NCBI GenBank assembly: GCA_018396395.1
Contig: JAGTQN010000002.1
Location: forward strand, 1 to 50,050
Source of the DNA: Candidatus Bathyarchaeota archaeon
GTDB lineage: Archaea > Thermoproteota > CALKCG01 > B24 > JAGTQN01
Reading direction: 5' to 3'
DNA: 50,050 nt
The number at the start of each line of letters is the position of its first letter. Position 1 is the first letter of the stretch. The notes under the pieces were generated by a model that made no database searches, was not told the origin of the DNA, and worked only from the letters and a program-made list of their open reading frames with translations. This document shows positions 20,975 to 29,675 of this stretch, piece after piece. Made by a program: the position numbers and the translations under genes.

Positions 20975-21072
20975 GATATTTGCTCCGTTTCATCTGAAGT
21001 TATATATGCTTACGGAGAAGGAAGGCACCTCATTTCACTTCATTTCATTTCCGATTCTTGCATGACGAAGGC

Positions 21073-22587
21073 TTAAGATGGTACGATGGATTTCATAGCC
21101 TCGAGAAGGAAGTCCGTTATGAGGCTGGGAAAAATGCCAAAGACGATAGATAGAGCGATCAGGATCAAGAGGGGCGCTATGACTAAAGGTGAAGCCTCCT
21201 TGACGCCCTCTAAATGATCAGGCCTTTTCCCGAAGAATACCCTCCGTATAGTCCAAAGTCCATAGCTGGCCGTGAGGACCGTCGAAAGGATGCCTACGTA
21301 TGCTATGAGGAGCCTTACTGAAGAATGGCTGTTATGGGTTATCTCTTGGAAAACTCCCATGAAAAGCATCCATTCGGACTGGAAGCCGCTGAGGGGAGGT
21401 ATTCCCATAATCGTCAAGAAGCCTATGATGGCCGCTGTAGAGGTTATAGGCATCTTCGATGCCAAGCCCCCCAATTTCTTTATGCTTCGAAGGCCTTCGG
21501 TTTGGAGCATGATTGCTCCCGCGACCATGAAGAGGATTCCCTTTCCAATCCCATGGGAAACGTAGTGGAACATGGAGCCCGAAATGCCAAGAAGCCTCAA
21601 GGATGTAATTCCAAAGAGAATGTACCCCATCTGGCTTATACTCGAGTAGGCAAGTAGCCTTTTTAAATCGTCTTGGGCTAGAGCCATCATTCCCCCGTAA
21701 ATCATGGTAACCACGGCCCAAATCGATAGGAGGGGACCTAAGACTCCAAAAACCTCTGGGAAAAGGCTCATAGGTATCCTCACCATTCCGTAACCTCCTA
21801 TCCCTATCATGGCTGGTGAAAGGAGGGCGCTTATTGGCGTTGGAGCCTCAGCATGGGCATGGGGAAGCCATATGTGGAGGCCGAATACCGCCATCTTTAC
21901 AAAGAAGCCGAGGAACATGGCAATAGATATCCATCTAATGACTTCAGAAGGGTATTGCTTCATTTGTAGAATGGTTTGTATCTCGTAGATGTCGAAGGAT
22001 CCAGCAGGAAGGGTAAGGACATGGGTGCTGATTATACCTGCAAGGAGGGATAGAGCTCCTACATGGGTCCATATGAAATACATGAAGGCTATTCGCTCCC
22101 TATTTCCATAGCCCCATTGGGCTATCAGAAAGTAGGAGGGTATGAGCATAAGCTCGTAGAATAGATAGAATTCTATGAGGTTTGTCGAGAGGACTGCTCC
22201 CTGCATACCTGCGGCATAAAGGAGGTAGAGGGCGAAATAGGTTCCGTATTCATGGGAGGCTTCTCCAATCCTATGCTTCATATAAGGAATCGAGTAGAGG
22301 GCGATTAAGGTAGAAAGGATTCCTATGGTCATAACGAAGGGAAGGCTGAGGCCGTCAAGGCGAAGGCCGAAACTCAGACGAAAGGCTGGAACCCAACTAT
22401 ATTCCTCAGTGTAAACCCCATCTTCGGCTGATAGGCCTGCCGAAAGGGCTAGAGCCAGGGCTAAAGCGTAGAAAAGGGATGCGAAGGCGATCCAACCAGT
22501 TTTCTCGCCAATCTTTTTAGCCGATAGAAAAACTGCAATGGAGGAAAAAATAGGCACGATAACGATTTGAAGGAGAATTCCCGCCAT
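21073..22587 (-). CDS. NuoM/MrpD-type antiporter-like membrane subunit
   Basis: 504 aa, polytopic, with IEFYLFYELMLIPSYFLI and IWLPHAHAEAPTPISALLS motifs. Confidence 0.85.
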   Translation of the reverse strand: MAGILLQIVIVPIFSSIAVFLSAKKIGEKTGWIAFASLFYALALALALSAGLSAEDGVYTEEYSWVPAFRLSFGLRLDGLSLPFVMTIGILSTLIALYSIPYMKHRIGEASHEYGTYFALYLLYAAGMQGAVLSTNLIEFYLFYELMLIPSYFLIAQWGYGNRERIAFMYFIWTHVGALSLLAGIISTHVLTLPAGSFDIYEIQTILQMKQYPSEVIRWISIAMFLGFFVKMAVFGLHIWLPHAHAEAPTPISALLSPAMIGIGGYGMVRIPMSLFPEVFGVLGPLLSIWAVVTMIYGGMMALAQDDLKRLLAYSSISQMGYILFGITSLRLLGISGSMFHYVSHGIGKGILFMVAGAIMLQTEGLRSIKKLGGLASKMPITSTAAIIGFLTIMGIPPLSGFQSEWMLFMGVFQEITHNSHSSVRLLIAYVGILSTVLTASYGLWTIRRVFFGKRPDHLEGVKEASPLVIAPLLILIALSIVFGIFPSLITDFLLEAMKSIVPS

Positions 22588-22875
22588 ACAAATCCCTCTT
22601 ATACTAGCTCTTGTTTTCTCCTAATCGAGTTAAATCCCTTATCTCGGCTCTTGGAGCCTTTTATTGCCCAGCTTCTTTCCAAGATTGACGATGATCTGTA
22701 AAAGGTGAAACAGGGAGGCTCCAGAGCTTTGTTCGTCGACAGATCAGAGGATCCTCCGATCCCATCGACGTACCTAACGGTCATTCGTTGACACCTCCGC
22801 GAAGCTTTCGCCATTTTTCTTAAAATAACCTTCGTGGTCATCCGTTACATATTTAAGATTTGTGTATTGAAGATG

Positions 22876-22897
22876 GGGTGTTGTAACCTTAAGCCTT
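22876..22897. repeat. left arm of 22-bp inverted repeat (GGGTGTTGTAACCTTAAGCCTT)
   Basis: Reverse-complementary to 23694-23715 at 21 of 22 positions. The single mismatch would be a G-U pair at the RNA level. Confidence 0.85.
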
Positions 22898-23693
22898 CCG
22901 CACCGCCTCCTCTACGAGGCTTAGCATGGAAAGGGGCTAGGATGCGAAGGATCCGCATGGAGCCTTTCCCAAAGCCATATGATACCTTACGTTATAGTAG
23001 CCTTTCCAGGCTTCAAGCCATGCGGATAAATGGCTGAAGGGCTTATGGCATATGCATGGGAAGTATAGATCGAAGATAAGAAAAGTCCTTAAGCCTACGC
23101 TTTACTTCCTTGCTTAGCCTTTCAGGAGGCTTTAGGAGGCTTCCATCATGGATGAGCCTAAGCCCTAGTTCCGAGTAAGGCTTTACTTTATGCCATACCA
23201 TGGAGCCATATCGGCTAAGATACGATAATCCTTACGCCATAATTTTCCTTTCCTTAACTTAAGCTTCCTTAGGAATAGATATGCCGTAATGTAACGTAAC
23301 GTAAGGCTATTCCTCTCCCTGTCCAGCTCAGCTCTAAGGCAAGGATTCGCCTGGCCTTGATCTGGGCTCTAAGGCCATCCATTCCATATCCAGGCTTTGA
23401 CGCTATTCAACGCTTCTCTCATCTCGTCCACGACGGCCGTCCTAGCCTTACCCTTATAGAAGGCTTCTGAAATGATGAAATGATGAAATGAAGGGCTTCC
23501 AAAGCGATGGAATGGAAACAACGCCATATGGATTCATGGCTTCTAGGAAGCCATAGGCTTATTCCATGGCTTTTGAATCCTTCCTTAGGATAGACATGGA
23601 AGGTATAAGTATATGGCATAAGCTATGATCTGCCTAGGAGTCCTATCTCTTTCGAAGGGTTTCATAAAGCATTGAGGGAGATAGGGCTCCTCT

Positions 23694-23715
23694 AAGGCTT
23701 AAGGTTACAGCACCC
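23694..23715. repeat. right arm of 22-bp inverted repeat (AAGGCTTAAGGTTACAGCACCC)
   Basis: Partner of 22876-22897. The arms are separated by 796 nt of ORF-free sequence. Confidence 0.85.
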
Positions 23716-23945
23716 ACGAAGTAGATTGCCTTAATCCTGAGGCATGCTACTGCCTGAGATTGCGACTGATCTACCATGGCACCGAAGGTGGAAATTCTAA
23801 GGATCGTCCAATAGGGCTTTGAGGTAAGACAAGGATGATGCATTGCTAGATTCTATGGCTAGCCATTCTCTTCTTGGCTAGAACGGATAAATGCCTATGA
23901 TTTTAACCTTAAGTGAGAGCGTATCCTTGAAAGAATGGGCTTTCC

Positions 23946-24419
23946 TTGGGTATCCTTTCCGATAGAGAGATTAAGGCCTTCATGCATTCGGGACAGATAT
24001 CCATCGAGCCCTTCATAGAGGAACGACTAACGCCGAATGGCTATGATCTTTCGGTAGCCGAACTTCTCATCCCTGCCCAAGGTCTCCGTCTAATAAGCGA
24101 TAAAGCCAGAGTCCCGCCATTAACATGGTTTCTCGTGGGAACTTTGGAAAAGATCCGTCTAGGAGCCAAGGTTTCAGCCCAACTTTGGATTAAAAGTAGC
24201 TGGGCTAGAAGAGGAGTCCTAGGTTCCTTCGGAAAGGTAGATGCGGGCTTTCAAGGAACCTTAACCTTATCCGCCTTTAATGCCTCCCAGAATCCCCTTG
24301 AAATCGCGATAGGAGATCCCTTTGCCCAGATCGTCTTCGAGACCCTTATTTCAGAGGCTGAACTCACCTATGAAAAGCGAAGCGGACGCTATCAAGGGCA
24401 GATAGGCATTAAGATTTAG
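23946..24419 (+). CDS. dCTP deaminase/dUTPase family protein (short archaeal form)
   Basis: N-terminus ILSDREI...IEPF...LTPNGYDLSV is typical of the Dcd/Dut trimeric family. 157 aa, TTG start. Confidence 0.8.
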   Translation: MGILSDREIKAFMHSGQISIEPFIEERLTPNGYDLSVAELLIPAQGLRLISDKARVPPLTWFLVGTLEKIRLGAKVSAQLWIKSSWARRGVLGSFGKVDAGFQGTLTLSAFNASQNPLEIAIGDPFAQIVFETLISEAELTYEKRSGRYQGQIGIKI

Positions 24420-24447
24420 AGGCTTAGGCATAGAAGGCGAAATAAAA

Positions 24448-25002
24448 TTGAAGGCTGAGGATTTGGCTCTTATAGCCGATGAAATACGAAGATGCCAGTT
24501 GTGCCCCCTTCACAGAGGTAGGATAAAGGCAGTTCCAGGGGAAGGCTCATCCAATGCCAAGCTGATTTTCATAGGAGAAGCGCCTGGGGCCGAGGAAGAT
24601 AGGCAAGGTAGGCCCTTTGTTGGAGCTGCTGGAAAGCTGTTGAACGATGCCATGGCAGGAGCCGGTATTCGAAGGGAGGATGTTTTCATTACGAATGTCA
24701 TCAAATGCAGGCCACCGGGAAATAGGGAGCCAAAACCGGAGGAAGTGGAGGCTTGTCAAATTTATCTTAAGCGCCAGATGGATATCATCAATCCTAGATT
24801 TGTATGCCTCTTGGGAAATACGGCAATAAAAGCCCTACTCGGAAGTCCAAGGCCTGGAATGAGGGGCAAATCCTTTGAAAAAAATGGAAGAATCTATTTC
24901 CCGACCATTCATCCGGCGGCGGCTATATACAACCCGCGCCTTAAATTAGTCCTTGAAATTCACCTTTCTAGGCTTAAGGGCCTTCTAGACTCGCAAAGTT
25001 AG
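24448..25002 (+). CDS. udg: uracil-DNA glycosylase, family 4
   Basis: CQLCPL cysteine motif and GEAPGAEEDRQGRPFVGAAGKLL motif A. HPAA near the C-terminus. Confidence 0.9.
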   Translation: MKAEDLALIADEIRRCQLCPLHRGRIKAVPGEGSSNAKLIFIGEAPGAEEDRQGRPFVGAAGKLLNDAMAGAGIRREDVFITNVIKCRPPGNREPKPEEVEACQIYLKRQMDIINPRFVCLLGNTAIKALLGSPRPGMRGKSFEKNGRIYFPTIHPAAAIYNPRLKLVLEIHLSRLKGLLDSQS

Positions 25003-25269
25003 GTTCCATCATGGCTTTGCTAGGGCCATTGTTTTCCCTTGCAATCTTACGTAGACTTTCTTATTTCTATACATTCACGGTTAGATACCTAGATGCCCCT
25101 TTATCGAGGTTGTCATTCCTCGCTGAATGGCAAGTTCGAAAGGATAGAACGAAGCTTAAGGAAAGGTCCCTAATTAGGGATTAACCTTCGATAATCTAGA
25201 AGGGTCTTTCTCAAGGCAGGGAATGAGCCTTTTTTATGTCCGCTATAAATTTCTTAATTGGTGGGTTAG

Positions 25270-26169
25270 TTGCGAATTTCAAGGGAAACCTTAGAAGGCA
25301 TAATTCCAGCCCTCGTGACACCCTTCACGCCTAACGATGAGGTTGATGAGGCTGCCCTTAGAAAACTCATCAGATATGTACTTGAAAATGGAGTCCATGG
25401 CGTCATGACGACGGGTGGAAATGGAGAGTTTCCCCATTTGCTGAGGGAAGAAAGGATGAAGGTTTTAGAGATTACCGTCGATGAAGTCAATGGAAGAGTC
25501 CCCGTAATTGCCTGCACCTCTGCTTGCAGTGTAAAAGAAACGGTCCTTTTAGGAAAGCATGCCGAGGATTCGGGGGCCGATGCCCTTATCCTCGTTCCAC
25601 CCTACTACTACAAGCTTCCAGAGGAGAGCATCCTCGACTTTTACAAGGGCATAGCCGAACAAGTCACGATACCTATAGTCGTATACAACAACCCAGCCTA
25701 TACAGGTCATAACATACGCACAGCGCTTATGGAACGCTTAGCAGAGATCCCAGGAGTCGTAGGGTTAAAGCAGAGTAACCCAGACATTAGTCAAACCCTC
25801 GAGATCATAAGGTTGTTAGGCGATAGAATTGCGGTCCTGACGGGTATTGATAGCCAGTTATTTCCCGTCCTTTCGATTGGAGGAAAGGGCATCTTCTCGA
25901 CGGCTGCCTGCGTCATTCCGAAACAGATGGTCGAAGTTTATGAGGCTTTTCGAAGGAAGGAGTTTGAGAAGGCCTTAAGGCTTCACATGAGAATGCAAGT
26001 TCTCAACAGGTTTTTCGAGTATGAGCCGGGCTATGTAGCGCCATGTAAGGAGGCCCTCGCCATGATCGGGCTACCTTGTGGAGCCATCAGGGCACCCTTA
26101 CCGCCATTGAGGGAGAAGGAACGGGAGGAATTACGGGAAGCTCTGAAAAACATGGGGCTTCTCAGCTAG
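25270..26169 (+). CDS. dihydrodipicolinate synthase/N-acetylneuraminate lyase family aldolase
   Basis: PALVTPF, TTGGNGEF and the Schiff-base lysine context VVGLKQS. 299 aa. Substrate not assignable. Confidence 0.8.
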   Translation: MRISRETLEGIIPALVTPFTPNDEVDEAALRKLIRYVLENGVHGVMTTGGNGEFPHLLREERMKVLEITVDEVNGRVPVIACTSACSVKETVLLGKHAEDSGADALILVPPYYYKLPEESILDFYKGIAEQVTIPIVVYNNPAYTGHNIRTALMERLAEIPGVVGLKQSNPDISQTLEIIRLLGDRIAVLTGIDSQLFPVLSIGGKGIFSTAACVIPKQMVEVYEAFRRKEFEKALRLHMRMQVLNRFFEYEPGYVAPCKEALAMIGLPCGAIRAPLPPLREKEREELREALKNMGLLS

Positions 26170-26271
26170 ACTAACTGGAAAAAGTTGGAGCCATGAAAAA
26201 TGCCCCTAATCTTTCACATTTTTCTTTTCCTTTTTCATCTTCCGAAAAGAAAGTTCGATTTTGGCACGTCC

Positions 26272-27084
26272 CTAAAGCCTTACAGGTATCCCCTTCGAGG
26301 CTAGGAATTTTTTTACATCCCTTACTGTATACTCGCCCCGATGGAAGATTCCGGCTGCCAAGGCGGCATCTGCCTTCCCTATGGTAAGGGCTTCTAATAT
26401 GTGCTTAGGCGTCCCGGCTCCACTACTGGCTATGATAGGAACGGAGACCCGGTCTGCCAACTCTGCTAGAAAAGGTAAGTCATAGCCCCTTCCCGTCCCG
26501 TCGAAGTCTAGGGATGATGGCATGATTTCTCCAGCACCAAGGGAGACCGCTTCCTCAACCCATTTGAAAGCATCCATGCCAACAGCCTGCCTTCCACCAT
26601 AGATGTAAACATCCCACCAGCATAGCCCCTCTGGAGTTTCAATAAGGGTTTTCCCAGATGCCTCCGAGGCCCTCCTCACATAGATGCGTCGAACATCCAC
26701 CGCCAATACGATGCACTGGCTTCCGAAAATTCGGCTACACTCCCCGATTAAGGAGGGGTTTCGAACAGCGGCCGTGTTAATGGAGACCTTATCTGCCCCC
26801 GCATTGAGGATCCTTCTGACATCAGCTGAAGACCTTATGCCTCCTCCTACTGTCAAGGGAATCATGATCGCATCAGCAGTCCTCTCAACAACGTCAATAA
26901 GGGTTTCTCGCCCTTCATTGGATGCCGTAATATCCAATAGGACAAGCTCATCGGCTCCTTGCGAATCGTAAGCCATAGCAAGTTCTACAGGATCCCCAGC
27001 ATCCTTAAGATTTCTAAACCTAACTCCCTTAACAACACGCCCTGCTACCATATCAAGACAGGGGATGATGCGCTTCGCCAGCAT
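26272..27084 (-). CDS. hisF: imidazole glycerol phosphate synthase cyclase subunit HisF
   Basis: [12 protein letters not shown]...GRVVKGVRF...DAGDPVELA and [13 protein letters not shown] motifs. Confidence 0.95.
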   Translation of the reverse strand: MLAKRIIPCLDMVAGRVVKGVRFRNLKDAGDPVELAMAYDSQGADELVLLDITASNEGRETLIDVVERTADAIMIPLTVGGGIRSSADVRRILNAGADKVSINTAAVRNPSLIGECSRIFGSQCIVLAVDVRRIYVRRASEASGKTLIETPEGLCWWDVYIYGGRQAVGMDAFKWVEEAVSLGAGEIMPSSLDFDGTGRGYDLPFLAELADRVSVPIIASSGAGTPKHILEALTIGKADAALAAGIFHRGEYTVRDVKKFLASKGIPVRL

Positions 27085-27225
27085 ATTCTCAGATTTCCTT
27101 ACGCTTCAAAGGAGCCCAAGGCTCGAAGCCTAGCTTGAAATGGGCTGGTCTGATGCTTATAAGCCTTTCCTACTTTTCTCCACCCCACTCTACTAAACCT
27201 AATCGAGGCTGAAGTAAAGGAATTC

Positions 27226-27837
27226 CTAGGTAACCATAATTTCAACGAAGTTCTTCAGAATGCGAAGACCTATATTCCCTGATTTCTCTGGATGAAACTG
27301 GGTTGCGAAGATTCGATTACGGCTTACTATGGCAGGGAAATCGAAACCATAGTTTACCGTGGCTACTAAATCTTCCTCCACCTCATTTTTTGCGAAGTAA
27401 GAATGCGCGAAGTAGACGTAACTTCCATTTTCTATTCCCTTCACCAAAGGATTTTTCGGCTTTAGTATTTTTAAGGTATTCCATCCTATCTGGGGAACCT
27501 TTCGACCTTCCGGTAGAGGAAGTATCCGACCTTTGAAGATATTTAGTCCCCTATGTAGCCCACCCTCTGTGCTTTCAGTAAAGAGGAGTTGCATTCCCAG
27601 GCAGATGCCTAAGAGAGCTTTCCCACCTTCGATTCCTTGGAAAATCATAGGGATCAGAGGTTTGATATTCCTCAGGGCTTCCTCGAAGGCACCAACTCCA
27701 GGAAGGACTATGGCATCAACTTCGGCTATCCTATGGACTTCATTGGTAACGATGGCCTCGGCCCCAGCCCTTTCCAATCCCTTCCTTATGCTCCTTAGGT
27801 TTCCTAACCCATAGTCGACGATGGCTATTTTGGGCAT
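27226..27837 (-). CDS. hisH: imidazole glycerol phosphate synthase glutaminase subunit HisH
   Basis: IAIVDYGLGNLRSI, catalytic LGICLGMQLL and FHPEKS motifs. Confidence 0.93.
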   Translation of the reverse strand: MPKIAIVDYGLGNLRSIRKGLERAGAEAIVTNEVHRIAEVDAIVLPGVGAFEEALRNIKPLIPMIFQGIEGGKALLGICLGMQLLFTESTEGGLHRGLNIFKGRILPLPEGRKVPQIGWNTLKILKPKNPLVKGIENGSYVYFAHSYFAKNEVEEDLVATVNYGFDFPAIVSRNRIFATQFHPEKSGNIGLRILKNFVEIMVT

Positions 27838-27991
27838 TCCTTCCCACCGCTTTTTGCTTATGATTTTACATTCGCCACTACTCTTCCTCCTTCCCTTTTC
27901 TTCCCTTCATATCAACTTTTTCGCAACCGTATTAACTTGAGACGAAGAGATCTTTCCTTGGTTTCATAAGAAGCTACAAGAAGAGATTTTT

Positions 27992-28546
27992 CTATAATCT
28001 TTCCCTAAGCCAGCCTAGAACTTTTTGAGCAATCTTCTCTGGAAGAAGGTCTCGGTTAGCATAGGTGATCTCTAAAATTTCAACTATAGGAGAGCTCCTC
28101 AGAGCATCGATGAAAGCCCCTTTTGCCCTTTTATGAATGACACCAATAAGGGGCTTAGGACCTTCGATGGATCTTTTAATGGCATTCTTAAAGGACTCTG
28201 AGAAGAGTTCCATAGGTCCGATTTCATCTACAGCCACAACATGGATTTCTGGATGAGATAGAGCATCCTCTATAGCTGCAGTTCCAATTTGGTCTAAGTT
28301 TTTTAAATTGACTCTGTATTTTCCTATTCTCGGACCATCTGGCTGGTCTACATGGGCAAGCCAGCCTTCCACGCCCTTCGATAGGTCTTGAATCTTGAAG
28401 CCTACCCTCGTTCCTTTAATCCTAACTTCAAGGCTTACAAAGCCTCCAACCCTGAAGCCTTCAGCCCTTAATCTTTCTACCACCTTCAGAATTGCCACGG
28501 TCTTTCCTACACCTGGATCTCCCGTTAGGAGTAGAGCTTTACCCAA
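27992..28546 (-). CDS. nucleoside-triphosphatase, THEP1 family
   Basis: P-loop LLTGDPGVGKT followed by GF.S.EVR..G.RVGF, and VAVDEIGPMEL (Walker B). 184 aa. Confidence 0.75.
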   Translation of the reverse strand: MGKALLLTGDPGVGKTVAILKVVERLRAEGFRVGGFVSLEVRIKGTRVGFKIQDLSKGVEGWLAHVDQPDGPRIGKYRVNLKNLDQIGTAAIEDALSHPEIHVVAVDEIGPMELFSESFKNAIKRSIEGPKPLIGVIHKRAKGAFIDALRSSPIVEILEITYANRDLLPEKIAQKVLGWLRERL

Positions 28547-28818
28547 GGCTGTCAGAGTTGAAATTAAAGTAGCATAAAAAGTATGCGATAATGTTATGAA
28601 AGGATTGTTCTCCCTTTTTCAAGTTTCGGGGAGGAATCCCTAAAGAAGGACTTAACCTACGAATTTTGCCAAAAGATTGCAATAGCAGAGCATTTCAGTT
28701 TCGTAAATTGTAAGGCTTTGAAGTGGGGTATGGGCAATCTTTGAGGGCCTAGGCTTTCCAGATTTCTAAGATTCATTCCTAAGATCCTTCAATTTCGTTA
28801 TCATTATCGAAGGAGCTC

Positions 28819-29625
28819 TCAAACCCTATAGGATGGAGTCGTCCTAAAGATCTTATAACTCCTCTCCAATTCCTCTATTAGCCGAAGAAGCTCGGGATTC
28901 ATCTTTGCCTCTTCAGCAATCTTTCTATCTAGGATATAGGCGTCATTCTCTAGATCGGAAAGGGCTACTTGGACATTCTCCATAAGGGTAAGCTTCCTTA
29001 GAAGGGCTAAGGCTGCTTTGGGATTTGGAACCGATACGTACTGTGGAACTGCGGTCCAAAGGCTTACAACCTCAAGACCCCTCTGGGCACCATCCCACAG
29101 TATCTGGCTGTAAACACCCGTTGGACCCCTATAGTTCGTCAACTCAATGCCGGCCGCCTTTAGCTCCCCTAAAAGCCTTAGTGTATTCGTAGATCCTGTC
29201 ACTGGCGGTTCGATAGTGTGGGGAATCATCGATACATAACCTCCAAGCGTATAGATGCGTCGAGCCTTTACAGCTATCGAAAGTTCCATGATGGCTTCCG
29301 AATAGCCAGGCCAATTAAGGTCTGGCTCCACGCCGAGCAATAGGACGAAGGATCGAACATTCCCATTCCATACGTATATAGAGTTCCTAGGGACTTCGTA
29401 TTCCTTAATAAGACCCCCCTCAACATTCACTGTAGGACGGCGCAACGTGTAGCCATAAAAATTTCCAGGAGGGATTTCTCCAAGTTTCTCGACTTCAAGC
29501 TTTCGAATAAGGTAATTGAGGCTTAAGGTTGAGGCGCTTCCCGCATTAACCCATCCGTCTAGTCCTATGATGATGGAGGCCCCCTCAAGATCCAACTCCC
29601 TTGTTAACCTCAGGATTCCAGCCAT
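28819..29625 (-). CDS. PAC2 (proteasome assembly chaperone 2-like) family protein
   Basis: IIGLDGWVNAGSAS N-terminal signature, size of 268 aa, C-terminal helical tail. Confidence 0.7.
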   Translation of the reverse strand: MAGILRLTRELDLEGASIIIGLDGWVNAGSASTLSLNYLIRKLEVEKLGEIPPGNFYGYTLRRPTVNVEGGLIKEYEVPRNSIYVWNGNVRSFVLLLGVEPDLNWPGYSEAIMELSIAVKARRIYTLGGYVSMIPHTIEPPVTGSTNTLRLLGELKAAGIELTNYRGPTGVYSQILWDGAQRGLEVVSLWTAVPQYVSVPNPKAALALLRKLTLMENVQVALSDLENDAYILDRKIAEEAKMNPELLRLIEELERSYKIFRTTPSYRV

Positions 29626-29675
29626 AGCTTCACCTTTTCTCAGCTTCTATCATTATCGAATGCAAAAAAGAACTC

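Noticed and set aside
302-22000. There are many ORFs of 60-141 aa lying antisense to, or out of frame within, the large genes. Examples are 302-550, 1359-1745, 3629-4054, 5905-6246, 7631-7924, 14811-15280, 16204-16950 and 21272-21721.
   Set aside because: Each lies entirely inside a strongly supported conserved gene. Their products are low-complexity or Arg/Ser/Pro-rich in the way shadow ORFs typically are, and none shows a recognisable motif.
23467-23494. A C/D-box sRNA-like string: CTGA followed by two ATGATGA boxes. A similar AUGAUGA lies at 34655-34661 and a CUGAUGG...CUGA at 48500-48549.
   Set aside because: No properly spaced partner C and D boxes flank them (12-nt guides, terminal stem). 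The 48500 candidate has GG where the k-turn needs GA. The 23467 string is better explained as an 8-nt tandem repeat.
23512-23522. An ORB-like word ATGGAAACAAC, also present at 39534-39544. An inverted partial copy (CCATCCATTCCATAT) lies at 23376-23390, which suggested a replication origin.
   Set aside because: Matches of 10-11 nt are about what chance predicts for regions of this size. There is no orc1/cdc6 gene in the window and no clear AT-rich unwinding element between the copies.
22599-23843. Four ORFs of 66-80 aa inside the 1.36-kb repeat tract (22599-22841, 22834-23037, 23419-23619, 23643-23843).
   Set aside because: They are in different frames, their products do not look protein-like, and they span obvious nucleotide-level repeats. 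I treat the tract as non-coding, or possibly a pseudogene, pending BLASTX.
25003-25269. An 11-mer (TTCCATCATGG) shared between this spacer and the repeat tract (23141-23151).
   Set aside because: Dozens of 11-mer matches are expected by chance when comparing a 1.3-kb region against 50 kb, so this is not evidence of a repeat family.
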